Notes under the pieces: model-generated
Databases searched by the model: none
The model's input: the letters and a program-made list of their open reading frames with translations, nothing else
What the model was told of the DNA's origin: nothing
In this document: positions 1-9,107 of the stretch, piece by piece
How the letters are laid out: each line of letters opens with the position of its first letter
Position numbering within the stretch: position 1 is the first letter of the stretch
Position numbers and translations under genes: made by a program
DNA from: Patescibacteria group bacterium
GTDB taxonomy: Bacteria > Patescibacteriota > Minisyncoccia > Moranbacterales > UBA11712
Length of the DNA stretch: 50,334 nucleotides
Direction of reading: 5' to 3'
Assembly (NCBI GenBank): GCA_030018805.1
Contig: JASEHL010000002.1
Span: 1 to 50,334 of the forward strand

Positions 1-113
1 ATTCCGAGAACTCCCGCTGCTTTGTTGGCCGTTACTTCCAGAACGAAGAAATCTATTAATTTGTTAATTTGACGATTAGTAAGTTTAGAGTTTTTAATCA
101 ATCGAGCCGTCAT
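1..113 (-). CDS. Partial CDS (5' end only, continues off window): HTH-type N-terminus resembling IS1595/ISXO2-like transposases (tentative)
   Basis: Reverse-strand ATG at 111-113. Translation is MTARLIKNSKLTNRQINKLIDFFVLEVTANKAAGVLG. Only 37 codons are visible and the similarity is from memory of the family. Confidence 0.3.
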   Translation of the reverse strand, partial: MTARLIKNSKLTNRQINKLIDFFVLEVTANKAAGVLG

Positions 114-184
114 AGATTTAGCATAAATCTCTATGCTGTTCTAGACAAGCTCCAAATTTAATTTCACGCACAGAATAACAAAAA

Positions 185-210
185 GACCGTAATAAATCCG
201 TATTACGGTC
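185..210 (-). terminator. Intrinsic terminator downstream of the 237..1547 gene
   Basis: 10-bp stem gaccgtaata/tattacggtc, followed on the minus strand by a T-run. Confidence 0.6.
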
Positions 211-236
211 CCAAAAGGTTTATATAAAAGCGATAT

Positions 237-1547
237 TTATATCATGCTACTCACTTCTCGTGCAGCGAAAGCCAATATCGACATCCTTATAATCTTTTGA
301 TAACCAATTCTTGAGGCAGGGCGCTGTTCACTTCGCCCGTCGGTATATGCTCCGCCTTTTATAACCTTGAATCCCTTGTTAAAATCTTGCTGAATGTATT
401 TGTCGTTTTCCAGATAAGCGTTGAAATCATCAGCCACCCATTCATAGACATTGCCTGCCATATTCAGAACTCCATAGGGACTCGTGCCAAGTTCAGCGCC
501 GACAGGCGCGGTATATTTATAACCGTCGCTTTCATCAAAGCCATATTCGGTGCCGTCACCGTGGTTATCCCTTGTCGGATCCCAGACATTTCCCCAGGGC
601 CAAATTCTCCCATCTGTTCCGCGAGCCGCTTTTTCCCATTCGGCCTCGGTGGGCAATCTTTTTCCGAGCCACCGGCAATAGGCATCGGCGTCGTTCCAAT
701 CAACTCCTACGACGGGAAGGCTTGGAGAATTGAGATTTTGGTCACTCCAAAGCGCGGGAGCGACATGATTTATCGCGTCGACAAACATTTTATAATCACC
801 ATTGGATACTTCTTTTTTGTCAATATAAAAATTTCCAAGCATTATTTTTCGCTGGGGATATTCCGCCAGATAATTTTCCTTGCCATAACTCCCGTCGTTT
901 TTTTGCCAGGCTTCAATAGCCTGCTGCTGGGTGCTTCCCATGAGAAAAACTCCCGCTGGGATCAATAGCATATCATTTTGAGGCTTCGGGCCGGAATTTG
1001 CTGTTGTTGTTTTGTTGATCAAATTTGATTTTGTAGCCACGCTGGTATTTTTGTTTTTATTCCCGAGAACAACCGCGCTAAAAACTATTAGTAGAACTAT
1101 TAAGAATGGAATAATCAATTTTTCTTTATTGGACAGTTTTTTTCTCCACTGCTCGGATATTTTATATGCATCTTTGCTTGTTTCTTCTTCAGGTGGATCT
1201 TCTTCAGCTTCCCGCGTCTTTGGAACGGCTGATTCTGGAGCGGCTCCACTTTCATTCTTCGAAACCGCGCCATTTATCGAATAGATATTATTTTTATAGG
1301 AAACTATATTATGGCCTATAATGGAATTTATTTTATACCGGTATTGCCTAACGTGATTTTCAGTGTAGTCTTTAGCTCCCGCAGGGTCGAAATAATCATT
1401 AATGTCAGTTAGGGTGGCATTATTTTTACCGCATAAGAAAACAAGCAAGCGGTAAGCATTGCCTGTTAATACCAGCTCTTTACCGTTTTCGTCAAAGACC
1501 TTTTTGCTTTCAGCGTCTAATTTTAAATACTGATGTTTGTATATCAT
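237..1547 (-). CDS. Membrane-anchored fusion protein: OmpR/PhoB-type winged-helix N-domain, one TM helix, C-terminal FGE-sulfatase (SUMF1-like, C-type-lectin fold) domain
   Basis: N-terminus ..LTGNAYRLLVFLCGKNNATLTDINDYF..VRQYRYKINS (trans_reg_C-like). Hydrophobic IIPFLIVLLIVFSAVVL. C-terminus ..VGVDWNDADAYCRWLGKRLPTEAEWEKAARG..GNVYEWVAD..KGGAY.. is typical of FGE-sulfatase domains. Confidence 0.75.
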   Translation of the reverse strand: MIYKHQYLKLDAESKKVFDENGKELVLTGNAYRLLVFLCGKNNATLTDINDYFDPAGAKDYTENHVRQYRYKINSIIGHNIVSYKNNIYSINGAVSKNESGAAPESAVPKTREAEEDPPEEETSKDAYKISEQWRKKLSNKEKLIIPFLIVLLIVFSAVVLGNKNKNTSVATKSNLINKTTTANSGPKPQNDMLLIPAGVFLMGSTQQQAIEAWQKNDGSYGKENYLAEYPQRKIMLGNFYIDKKEVSNGDYKMFVDAINHVAPALWSDQNLNSPSLPVVGVDWNDADAYCRWLGKRLPTEAEWEKAARGTDGRIWPWGNVWDPTRDNHGDGTEYGFDESDGYKYTAPVGAELGTSPYGVLNMAGNVYEWVADDFNAYLENDKYIQQDFNKGFKVIKGGAYTDGRSEQRPASRIGYQKIIRMSILAFAAREVSSMI

Positions 1548-1566
1548 TAAGTAAGAAAATCGGAAC

Positions 1567-2133
1567 TTATCCCTTTCCCCGAATAATTTCTCCCAGCTCC
1601 CGTTCCTCCGACAAACGCTCTTTTTCCTGAAGCTGGACGATTATGTTCTTCACTTTGTTCGGATCCGGTATTTGAAAAAAAGTGAAGCGCTCTTTTTCAC
1701 CGGCCGTTTGCACATAAATGTTCCCGTAGTTGAAAAGTGTCGGAATGACGCCGATTATTTCGGAAGTGACGTCCTGTATTTTCGTGAGTTTGAGTTCGGA
1801 GATGTTTCTCCTGAAAAAACCCCTTTGCTCGATGTTGATGATGCGTTCGTTGGTGACTATCCAGGCGTCGAGATAGAAATCAAGCCAGAGAATGAAAAAA
1901 AAGTTCCAAACGAAAAGAGTTGCCAAGCTTTCTCCGAAAAGAAGAAGATTGAAAAAAGCGCTTTCCTGAAAATTGTTGTTGAAAAAGAGAAAAGCAAAAT
2001 AGATGATGATCAAACCGGCGATGCTGATGATGATGAACAGCAACCGCATGAAAAAAATGAACCAATGCCGGCGTAAAAAGAGTATGATTGCCTCGCCTTC
2101 GTGTTGTCCGGGGAAATTTATTTCTTCGAACAT
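1567..2133 (-). CDS. Membrane protein with bacterial PH domain (bPH_2/YdbT-like, DUF304)
   Basis: Two N-terminal TM helices, then ..WIVTNERIINIEQRGFFRRNISELKLTKIQDV..GNIYVQTAG.. Confidence 0.6.
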   Translation of the reverse strand: MFEEINFPGQHEGEAIILFLRRHWFIFFMRLLFIIISIAGLIIIYFAFLFFNNNFQESAFFNLLLFGESLATLFVWNFFFILWLDFYLDAWIVTNERIINIEQRGFFRRNISELKLTKIQDVTSEIIGVIPTLFNYGNIYVQTAGEKERFTFFQIPDPNKVKNIIVQLQEKERLSEERELGEIIRGKG

Positions 2134-2169
2134 AGCGCTTGCCGGCTTGAGCTAGCCGAAAATACCGGT

Positions 2170-2391
2170 TCAAAAACCGAAATTGTTGATTATTTGATAC
2201 CAATCCACCGAAAAGAAAAAAGATACGTTTGAAATCAGAAGAAAAGTGCTTCCGCCGAGATAAATCAGAAACATAATGACTGCGACGCGCCGGTTAATGC
2301 GGTAGCGAAGCATATGGAAGATAATCGCAAGGCCGATAAGAACATAAACGGCGATTATGAAAATGTAAAGGACTGAAATAAGTGTCGACAT
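2170..2391 (-). CDS. Small two-TM membrane protein, unknown function
   Basis: 73-aa hydrophobic ORF co-oriented with and packed between its neighbours. No recognisable motif. Confidence 0.4.
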   Translation of the reverse strand: MSTLISVLYIFIIAVYVLIGLAIIFHMLRYRINRRVAVIMFLIYLGGSTFLLISNVSFFFSVDWYQIINNFGF

Positions 2392-2411
2392 TTTTTCAGG
2401 TTATGTTTTTT

Positions 2412-3419
2412 TCAAAATAATTTGTCTTGGTCGCGATTATCGGGAATGCCCAAGTGCTTGTAAGCGAGTTCCGTCGCGACACGTCCCCGCGGAGTCCGCG
2501 CCAAAAACCCTATTTGAATGAGATAGGGCTCATATACATCCTCGATTGTTTCAATTTCCTCCATTGTGGCGGTGGCGAGAGTTTGGATTCCAACCGGACC
2601 ACCGCCGAATTTTTTGATGATTGTTTCGAGAATATGCCGGTCGGTCGGCTCGAGCCCAAGTTTGTCGATTTCGAGATTGGCGAACGCTCTTCGGGAAAGT
2701 TCTTCCGTTATTGTATCGCAATTTTCGACCTGCGTGAAATCGCGGACACGCTTCAGGAGGCGGTTGGCAACGCGGGGAGTGCGGCGGCTCGAGCGAGAGA
2801 TTGTTTTCGCGCCGGCGCTGTCGATGGGAATCTCAAGAATCTTCGACGAGCGATGGATTATTTTTTCAATATCCTCGTCTTCATAAAAATCAAGCCGGTG
2901 AATTACGCCGAAACGGTTGCGAAGGGGTGAGGAAATCGAACCGAGGCGGGTGGTCGCGCCGATCAAAGTGAAGCGGGGAAGATCCAGTTGCAGTGTTTTG
3001 GCCGACGGGCCTTTTCCGATGATTATGTCTAGCTTGAAATCTTCCATTGCCGGATAAAGGACTTCCTCGATGAGTTTGTTGAGGCGATGGATTTCATCAA
3101 TGAAAAGAATGTCCCCGTCGGAAAGATTAGTGAGAATCGAGCCGAGATCACCCACTTTTTCAATCGCCGGTCCGGAGGTAGGGCGAATATTCGCTCCCGT
3201 CTCTCTGGCGATTATGTGAGCCAGAGTCGTTTTTCCCAGTCCCGCCGGGCCATAGAGAAGAACATGCTCAATCGGCTCGACACGCTTTTTGGCCGCTTTT
3301 ATAAGAATATTCAGGTTATTTTTGACTTTTTCCTGGCCAACATACTCGGAAAAAGTCTGCGGGCGCAGAGTTATGTCAAGCTTCGAGTCGTCGATTTGTT
3401 CGGTGGAGGAAGTAATCAT
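2412..3419 (-). CDS. ruvB: Holliday junction branch-migration helicase RuvB
   Basis: ..[18 protein letters not shown].., [11 protein letters not shown], ..[16 protein letters not shown]. Full-length collinearity with RuvB. Confidence 0.95.
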   Translation of the reverse strand: MITSSTEQIDDSKLDITLRPQTFSEYVGQEKVKNNLNILIKAAKKRVEPIEHVLLYGPAGLGKTTLAHIIARETGANIRPTSGPAIEKVGDLGSILTNLSDGDILFIDEIHRLNKLIEEVLYPAMEDFKLDIIIGKGPSAKTLQLDLPRFTLIGATTRLGSISSPLRNRFGVIHRLDFYEDEDIEKIIHRSSKILEIPIDSAGAKTISRSSRRTPRVANRLLKRVRDFTQVENCDTITEELSRRAFANLEIDKLGLEPTDRHILETIIKKFGGGPVGIQTLATATMEEIETIEDVYEPYLIQIGFLARTPRGRVATELAYKHLGIPDNRDQDKLF

Positions 3420-3451
3420 TTTTTGTGTCTGATGCAGAGTATTTCGTATTT

Positions 3452-3480
3452 AGTATATGCTATTTTTCCCTTCTTGACAA
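3452..3480 (-). promoter_or_regulatory. Sigma-70-type promoter upstream of ruvB
   Basis: Minus strand reads TTGTCA, a 17-nt spacer, then TATACT, about 30 nt upstream of the ruvB ATG. Confidence 0.55.
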
Positions 3481-3540
3481 AAAATTTTGAGTGTGCTAAA
3501 CTGGCCTGTTCCGTGAAAAAGAATTGTTTTCGGCGACATT

Positions 3541-3707
3541 AAAAACCCTCCAATCTGTAGACATAAGGGGAGCTCGTAACTTTCCTACCGGGAACTTTTT
3601 TGCCCAGACATGGATGGCTCGGTTTCGGCTTGGCCACTCCTCGGCACTGTTCCTACCCCCGCGATTCCCTAGTTGCGGGATTTGTCTACAGATTGAAGGG
3701 TTTTTTT
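3541..3707 (-). ncRNA. Unclassified structured RNA candidate (~165 nt, long closing helix; 6S-like in size only)
   Basis: 22-23-bp terminal helix (3541-3563 pairs with 3683-3707). Its single non-Watson-Crick position is C-A on the plus strand but G-U on the minus strand. GC-rich interior with local hairpins (cccgc..gcggg). No ORF. Lies between the pilB-like stop and the ruvB promoter. Confidence 0.35.
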
Positions 3708-6700
3708 ATTCCTCCGTCACTCTTTCCACTTCTTCCATCGTGGTGATACCCTCGAGGACTTTCAAAATTCCGTCCTGTGGCATCGTGATCATTCCCTGCT
3801 CTATCGCCAGCGCTTCCACTTGAGAGATGGTTGGGCTTTCGGTGATTATTTTTTCCATTTCTTTCGTCATTTCCAAAACCTCGCTCACGGTTGTGCGTCC
3901 TTTGTATCCAATATTGTTGCATTTCGGACAGCCCACAGCTTCAAAAACATAATCAACTTTTTTCGGAACCTCGATTTTTGCTTTGGCGGAAATTGATTTC
4001 AAAACTTTTTCAATGCGCGCTTTGAGTTCCGTGTCCGCCTTGGTTTTTCTTTTGCAGTCGGGACAAAGCGTCCGGACCAGTCTTTGCGCCATGAAAGCGT
4101 TTACGGAGGAAGAAATGTCAGTTGGGGCGATGCCCATATTGATGAGGCGCTGAACCGAACCGGCGGCGTTGTTCGTGTGAAGCGTTGAAAGTACCAAATG
4201 TCCGGTAAGAGACGCCTGGACCGCGATTTGGGCGGTTTCAACATCGCGAATTTCGCCGATCATCATAATATCGGGGTTTTGGCGGAGAAGCGCCCGCAGG
4301 GCTTTCGGAAAAGTATAGCCCTTTTTGTCGTCTGTCTGGGTCTGCAGAATTCCTTTGAGACGGTATTCAATCGGATCTTCGACGGTGATTATTTTCACGC
4401 CGGGTTTGTTGAGGAGGGAAAGCAGAGAATAAAGCGTCGTCGTTTTTCCGGATCCGGTCGGTCCGGTATTGAGGATGATTCCATTCGGCTTTTTGATTTG
4501 TGCCAATAAAGCGTCGAGATTTTGTCTTCGGATTCCCAATTCCTCAAGCTTCAAAGACTGGGCGCCCTGGTTCAGCAGGCGCATTACGACTGTTTCGCCG
4601 TATCCTCCCAAAATTATCGAAACGCGGACATCAATTTCACGGTCTTCCACTTCCGAAAGAACGTCTTTTTCCAACTTTATTCCAAAGCGGCTGTCTTTCA
4701 CTCCTTCCTCAACGTCGGTTGCCTTGAAACCGGAAAGAATTTTCACGCTTCCCAAAAGATGCGGATATTCGTTCATCGGGATACGGACCGCGTCCTGCAA
4801 AATCCCGTCAATGCGGTATCTGATTTTCACTTCGTTTTCTTCCGGCTCGATATGGATATCGCCGGCAGAAAGCAAAAGACCCATAGCGATAATGAGAGAA
4901 AGCGTTTCTTCGGGGGAAGAATTTTCCACGACTCCCTGAAATTTTGCGATGGATTTTTTTGCTTCGGATAATTTTTCTTCGAGGCGCCTGTTGATTGTGA
5001 TTGAGCGGAGAAGAAGTTGGGTTATGATTTTTTCATAAAGATCCTCGAGAAATTTTCCTTCCCCGGTTACTCTTTGCACTTCCTCGATAGACGTGATTCC
5101 CTCAAGGGATTTCAAAATTCCGTCCTGGAGCATAGTCACCATTCCCGCCTCAAGGGAAAGAGCGAGGATTTCCGATTCGGGAGCCATCTCCATGATTTTC
5201 TTGGAAATTTCCTCATTGAGAGTGAATATTTCGAAAATCCCGACCCGGCTCTTGTAGCCCAAGCCATTGCATTTCGGACAGCCCTTGGCTCGGTAGAGAA
5301 AATCCACTTCTTTCGGCACGGTGAGTTTCGCTTTGGGAGAGATGACGGCCAATATTTTTTTGACGCTCTCGATTGTCACATCGGCCGGGGAGTATTTTTC
5401 TTTGCAATGGGAGCAAAGACGGCGGACAAGACGCTGGGCGATTATGGCGTTTATTGAAGCGGGTATAAGCGAAGGCTTGATTCCCATATCAACGAGACGC
5501 GGAGTTGTTTCTACGGCGCTGTTGGTGTGAAGAGTGGAAAGAACGAGATGTCCCGTGAGAGACGAATGAACGGCGATCGAGGCGGTTTCGTCGTCGCGGA
5601 TTTCTCCGACCAGAATCACATCAGGATCCTGGCGGACAATGGAGCGAAGCGCGTTGGCGAAAGTGTATCCTCGCGACTTTGAAACTTGAGTTTGGGAAAT
5701 TCCTTTGACTTTGTATTCAATCGGGTCCTCAACCGTGATTATCTTCACTTCCGGGCTGTTGAGCTGGTTGACGATCGCGTAAAGAGTGGTTGTTTTTCCC
5801 GATCCGGTCGGCCCGGTGTTCAAGATCATTCCATTGGGTTTTTTGATTTCTTCGCGCAGCTTGTCATAGGCGAGGCCGCGAAGCCCCAGAGCGTCGAATT
5901 TCAGGGCCACTGATTCTTGGTTGAGAAGGCGCATCACGATATTTTCTCCGAAATTTCCGGGCAGCACCGAAACGCGGACATCAATTTCGTTTTCCTCCAG
6001 TTGAACTGAAAAATGTCCGTCTTGGGCGATGTCGCGGATGTTGATTTTCATCCCGGAGAGGATTTTCACGCGGGACAAGATATAGTGGTAGGCTTGGGCC
6101 GGAAGAACGGTGATGTTTTGCAAAACTCCGTCGAGACGATAGCGGAGCCGGATGCCGTCCTGCTGGGGCTCGAAGTGGATGTCGCTTGCCTCCATCTTGA
6201 TGGCGCCGGCCATAACGATATTGATTACTTCGGTGGTCGGGATTTCATTGATTCTTTTTTTGAGGTTGATAACGTCTTTCAGTTTCTTTTCAAACTCCTC
6301 AAGATCTTTTCCGAAAAGAGAAAGCCGCAGTTCCTCGAGATTTTCAATGAGGGTAATATGCTTGTATTTTTCAATCGTTTTTTTGAGGCCGGTTTGCGAG
6401 CAGAAAAAAAGCCGGAGAACGTAACCCTCTTCTTTCTCGAGCTTTTTGAGATATTCCGCCAAATTCGGATTGGCGACATTCGCGAAAGCAAAAGACACGT
6501 TTCTTCCGGATCTTTGAATGCAGACTAGCTCGTTTTTTTCGGCGTCTTCTCTTGAAATCGTGCGAAGCGTTTCCGGGTCAATCGGAAAGATATTGAGATC
6601 GATGTAAGGCAACTTCAAAGCGGCGGCGATGGCGGCCGCTTGCTGTTCCTCGGACTCGTGTTTCATTTTGGCGAGAATCCGATTGACTTCTTCTTCGTGA

Positions 6701-6750
6701 AAGCCGTGAATTTCGTGGATGTTTTTGTTTGTTTTTGTGTTATCCGGCAT
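3706..6750 (-). CDS. Tandem (double-module) GspE/PilB-family secretion/type IV pilus assembly ATPase
   Basis: Two complete ATPase modules in one 1014-aa chain. Walker A GPTGSGKTTTLYAIV and GPTGSGKTTTLYSLL. Two tetracysteine motifs (CSHC..CPKC and CPDC..CPKC). A T2SSE_N-like N-terminus sits only in front of module 1. Confidence 0.9.
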   Translation of the reverse strand: MPDNTKTNKNIHEIHGFHEEEVNRILAKMKHESEEQQAAAIAAALKLPYIDLNIFPIDPETLRTISREDAEKNELVCIQRSGRNVSFAFANVANPNLAEYLKKLEKEEGYVLRLFFCSQTGLKKTIEKYKHITLIENLEELRLSLFGKDLEEFEKKLKDVINLKKRINEIPTTEVINIVMAGAIKMEASDIHFEPQQDGIRLRYRLDGVLQNITVLPAQAYHYILSRVKILSGMKINIRDIAQDGHFSVQLEENEIDVRVSVLPGNFGENIVMRLLNQESVALKFDALGLRGLAYDKLREEIKKPNGMILNTGPTGSGKTTTLYAIVNQLNSPEVKIITVEDPIEYKVKGISQTQVSKSRGYTFANALRSIVRQDPDVILVGEIRDDETASIAVHSSLTGHLVLSTLHTNSAVETTPRLVDMGIKPSLIPASINAIIAQRLVRRLCSHCKEKYSPADVTIESVKKILAVISPKAKLTVPKEVDFLYRAKGCPKCNGLGYKSRVGIFEIFTLNEEISKKIMEMAPESEILALSLEAGMVTMLQDGILKSLEGITSIEEVQRVTGEGKFLEDLYEKIITQLLLRSITINRRLEEKLSEAKKSIAKFQGVVENSSPEETLSLIIAMGLLLSAGDIHIEPEENEVKIRYRIDGILQDAVRIPMNEYPHLLGSVKILSGFKATDVEEGVKDSRFGIKLEKDVLSEVEDREIDVRVSIILGGYGETVVMRLLNQGAQSLKLEELGIRRQNLDALLAQIKKPNGIILNTGPTGSGKTTTLYSLLSLLNKPGVKIITVEDPIEYRLKGILQTQTDDKKGYTFPKALRALLRQNPDIMMIGEIRDVETAQIAVQASLTGHLVLSTLHTNNAAGSVQRLINMGIAPTDISSSVNAFMAQRLVRTLCPDCKRKTKADTELKARIEKVLKSISAKAKIEVPKKVDYVFEAVGCPKCNNIGYKGRTTVSEVLEMTKEMEKIITESPTISQVEALAIEQGMITMPQDGILKVLEGITTMEEVERVTEE

Positions 6751-6828
6751 ACTGCTATTTTATTTCATTCCGAACAAAAAAACAAACCCTCGCGGGCCGA
6801 TTTGGTCATCCTATGTCATATAAATATG

Positions 6829-7944
6829 TCATTTCATCTTTTCCAGAAATTCCTTTTCCGCTTCAACGATGTTTTTCCCTTCAAAAATCACTTCGAGGTG
6901 CCCGTTTTTGATTTCTCCTCCCATTATTTTTTGGATATCTCTCAAAGATTCGGTTTCCGAGTTTTTGATGAGCGCGACGCTTCGGTCGAGTGATTCGCTG
7001 TAGAGAACGGCGAAGAACCGGCCGGCCGAGAAATTGTCTTTTATCTTTTCCAGAATCACCGGAAGGTCGGTCAGCTTTGAGCGGCTTTGGACGAAATCTT
7101 CAATTGAAACGAGCGACCAGGCCAGTTTCCTGCCTTCATCCCAGTTGAGCCGGGCCATGACGCGCCCCCAAAGTTTCATAAAAGAAAAGGATTGGGTTTT
7201 CAGAAGATGGCGGATGATTTCCTGCTGATCGGCGCCTTTTTCGATGAGCCAGGAAGCGGTAAGGAATGTTTGGGGCGTTGTTTTTTGGTTTTGGAAATTG
7301 GAAGTGGCGGAAACAAGGCCGGTCAAAAAACAGCGGGAGATGTCGGAATTCGTGAATTTTTCCCAGTGGGTTTTGGCGAGTTCGGCGATAATCCCCGAAA
7401 GAGAAGAAGCGGTGATGTCGACGAAGTTGATTTGACCGAAATTTTCATTGGCGCTCGCGTTGTCGATATTCACGATGGGGACTTCAAAAAAAAGGTCGGC
7501 GTTTTTTTCTCTCATCTCGCCGAAGTTTTCAAGATTCTGACAGCCCAAGACCACAAGCAGGTCGTATTTGAATTTTGCCGTAATGAACGAAAAATCCCGC
7601 GGGTCAATGGTTTCTTTTTCGGGCGTGATGTATATGTCGAAAGAATCAAGCTTGTTTTCGGTCCGAAAGTCGATGATTTTGTTCCGGGTCGTGTTGAACG
7701 AAAGGACAAAATCGCGCGCGCCGACGATTTCCCTTTCTTGTTTCTCGGGAGCGGGGAGAAATTTCAATTTTTCTTTTTGGGAATCGCTCTCAAGAATCGT
7801 TGGATTTTTGCCGATGCTTTTCAAGAGATGGAAGAGTCCCCAGCTGGCGGCAATCGCGTCGCCGGAGGCTTTTGGTTTTGTCAGAATCAAAATATTCTCC
7901 GCTGTTCCGATTTGGTTTTTGATTTGGTCTTGGATGGATAGCAT
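6829..7944 (-). CDS. DHH/DHHA1-family phosphoesterase-like protein (NrnA-like) with degenerate catalytic motifs
   Basis: Overall NrnA-like layout (..ILILTKPKASGDAIAAS.., ..VNIDNASANENFG.., ..GGEIKNGH..). The DHH motif reads DNA and motif I lacks the His/Asp pair. Confidence 0.6.
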   Translation of the reverse strand: MLSIQDQIKNQIGTAENILILTKPKASGDAIAASWGLFHLLKSIGKNPTILESDSQKEKLKFLPAPEKQEREIVGARDFVLSFNTTRNKIIDFRTENKLDSFDIYITPEKETIDPRDFSFITAKFKYDLLVVLGCQNLENFGEMREKNADLFFEVPIVNIDNASANENFGQINFVDITASSLSGIIAELAKTHWEKFTNSDISRCFLTGLVSATSNFQNQKTTPQTFLTASWLIEKGADQQEIIRHLLKTQSFSFMKLWGRVMARLNWDEGRKLAWSLVSIEDFVQSRSKLTDLPVILEKIKDNFSAGRFFAVLYSESLDRSVALIKNSETESLRDIQKIMGGEIKNGHLEVIFEGKNIVEAEKEFLEKMK

Positions 7945-8273
7945 GTGACTTATAACTTATAACTTGTAACGCAAGATTGATCATGCTACAAGTTACAGGT
8001 TTTGAGTTTCAAGAGAGCGGTATTTCAAAATAACAAACAAGATGGGAAACGTCAAACTTGCCCCGCACCAGTTCTGCGGTCGAATATTTGCGAGACGTAA
8101 CTGGCGAATAGCCAGATCCCCTTCAACCAGCGTCGCAATTTGCCATTTTCGGAAAACTTTGCTTGTTAAAATTTATGTTTGTGTTGGTAGAATTGATGCG
8201 GGGGTTTTCTTTCTTGCGTGAAACATCGAATCAGGGCCTAAAATGGGCTTGATTCGGATTGTTTCACGAGGGA

Positions 8274-8302
8274 TTGACAAAAGGCCGTTTTGGGAGTAAA
8301 AT
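8274..8302 (+). promoter_or_regulatory. Near-consensus sigma-70 promoter for the 8336 lipoprotein gene
   Basis: TTGACA (8274-8279), 17-nt spacer, TAAAAT (8297-8302). An AAGGAG RBS follows. Confidence 0.6.
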
Positions 8303-8335
8303 TAGGGGTTAAAATAAAAGAAGGAGAGAGGCGAA

Positions 8336-8698
8336 ATGAAAAGCCTTCGGATAGTTCTTCTAACAATTGTTGCAGCCGTGTTTTTTTCCGGTTGTGCGGG
8401 TTCAGCGTATTATGGTCCTTCGCCTGCCCACCAGGTCATAGTGGGGTACGTCGATGTGTTAGTATTTGGTCCGCAAGGCTGGCACATCGAAAGGCGGACG
8501 GTGGTCAGAGAGGTTACCCAATACTGGGTTTGGACTCCCGGACCAGCGCCTTACTGGGAGTGGAGGGGTCCCTATTATCCAGGCTGGACTTGGTACGGCC
8601 ATGAGCATCGGTGGCACTGGCGCGGTCCGCATCATCTTCGCCCGCACCATTCGCCACCCGGACCCCCGTATCATCGTGGCGGTCGCCATCGTCGTTAA
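8336..8698 (+). CDS. Small secreted lipoprotein, W/Y/H/P/R-rich
   Basis: Signal peptide with lipobox ..AVFFSGC. Good RBS. Mature part is rich in WxW/HH/PP. The region is visibly GC-richer than its flanks. Confidence 0.6.
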   Translation: MKSLRIVLLTIVAAVFFSGCAGSAYYGPSPAHQVIVGYVDVLVFGPQGWHIERRTVVREVTQYWVWTPGPAPYWEWRGPYYPGWTWYGHEHRWHWRGPHHLRPHHSPPGPPYHRGGRHRR

Positions 8699-8789
8699 CC
8701 CGCAATTCCGCTCGTTTCGCGAGGGGAGCTGCTAAAAAAGCCGAGAGTGAATTTTCCTCCGGCTTTTTTCTTTGCCAAAAAGAAGCTGA

Positions 8790-8819
8790 TTGACAGATTA
8801 TTATATTTAGCCCTAGAAT
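8790..8819 (+). promoter_or_regulatory. Sigma-70-type promoter for the 8877 gene
   Basis: TTGACA (8790-8795), 18-nt spacer, TAGAAT (8814-8819). Confidence 0.5.
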
Positions 8820-8876
8820 GATATATTCGGCAAATGAAAATATAAGAAATATATTTCAGACAGAAGGAGGTCTGCC

Positions 8877-9107
8877 GTGAAAGCGAAACGATTATTTTTG
8901 TTCTTCCTGTTTCTGCTGTTTGCCGCTTGCGCTGGATTAATGACGCCGCCGTGCTACGAAGTAAAGTACATGATGCATGTCGGCTCCAAAAGGAATCCGC
9001 CCGATGATTGCAGTAGATGTCATTCGCGGTATGCCGTTCGGCATTTCAAGTCGAGGGGGGGATGCCGCGTCAGCCATGATGCAGCAAAGCCACACATTGT
9101 TTGGTAA
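8877..9107 (+). CDS. Small Cys-rich lipoprotein (GTG start)
   Basis: GAAGGAGG RBS 6 nt upstream of the GTG. Signal peptide with lipobox LLFAAC. 76 aa. Confidence 0.45.
   Translation: MKAKRLFLFFLFLLFAACAGLMTPPCYEVKYMMHVGSKRNPPDDCSRCHSRYAVRHFKSRGGCRVSHDAAKPHIVW

Noticed and set aside
237-400. C-terminus of the FGE-domain gene as a second DGR variable region
   Set aside because: It has ordinary base composition, no matching repeat in the window and no IMH-like GC block.
3541-3707. SRP RNA, tmRNA or RNase P RNA identity for the structured element
   Set aside because: I could not find the SRP helix-8 GGAA/AGCA motifs, the RNase P GAGGAAAGUCC box, or a tRNA-like acceptor/T-arm end for tmRNA. It is kept only as an unclassified candidate.
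8290-8735. Alternative-frame ORFs (8290..8604, 8466..8735, 8459..8689 minus) in the GC-rich lipoprotein region
   Set aside because: The frame with an RBS plus a lipobox signal peptide (8336..8698) explains the region. The others are GC-driven open frames.
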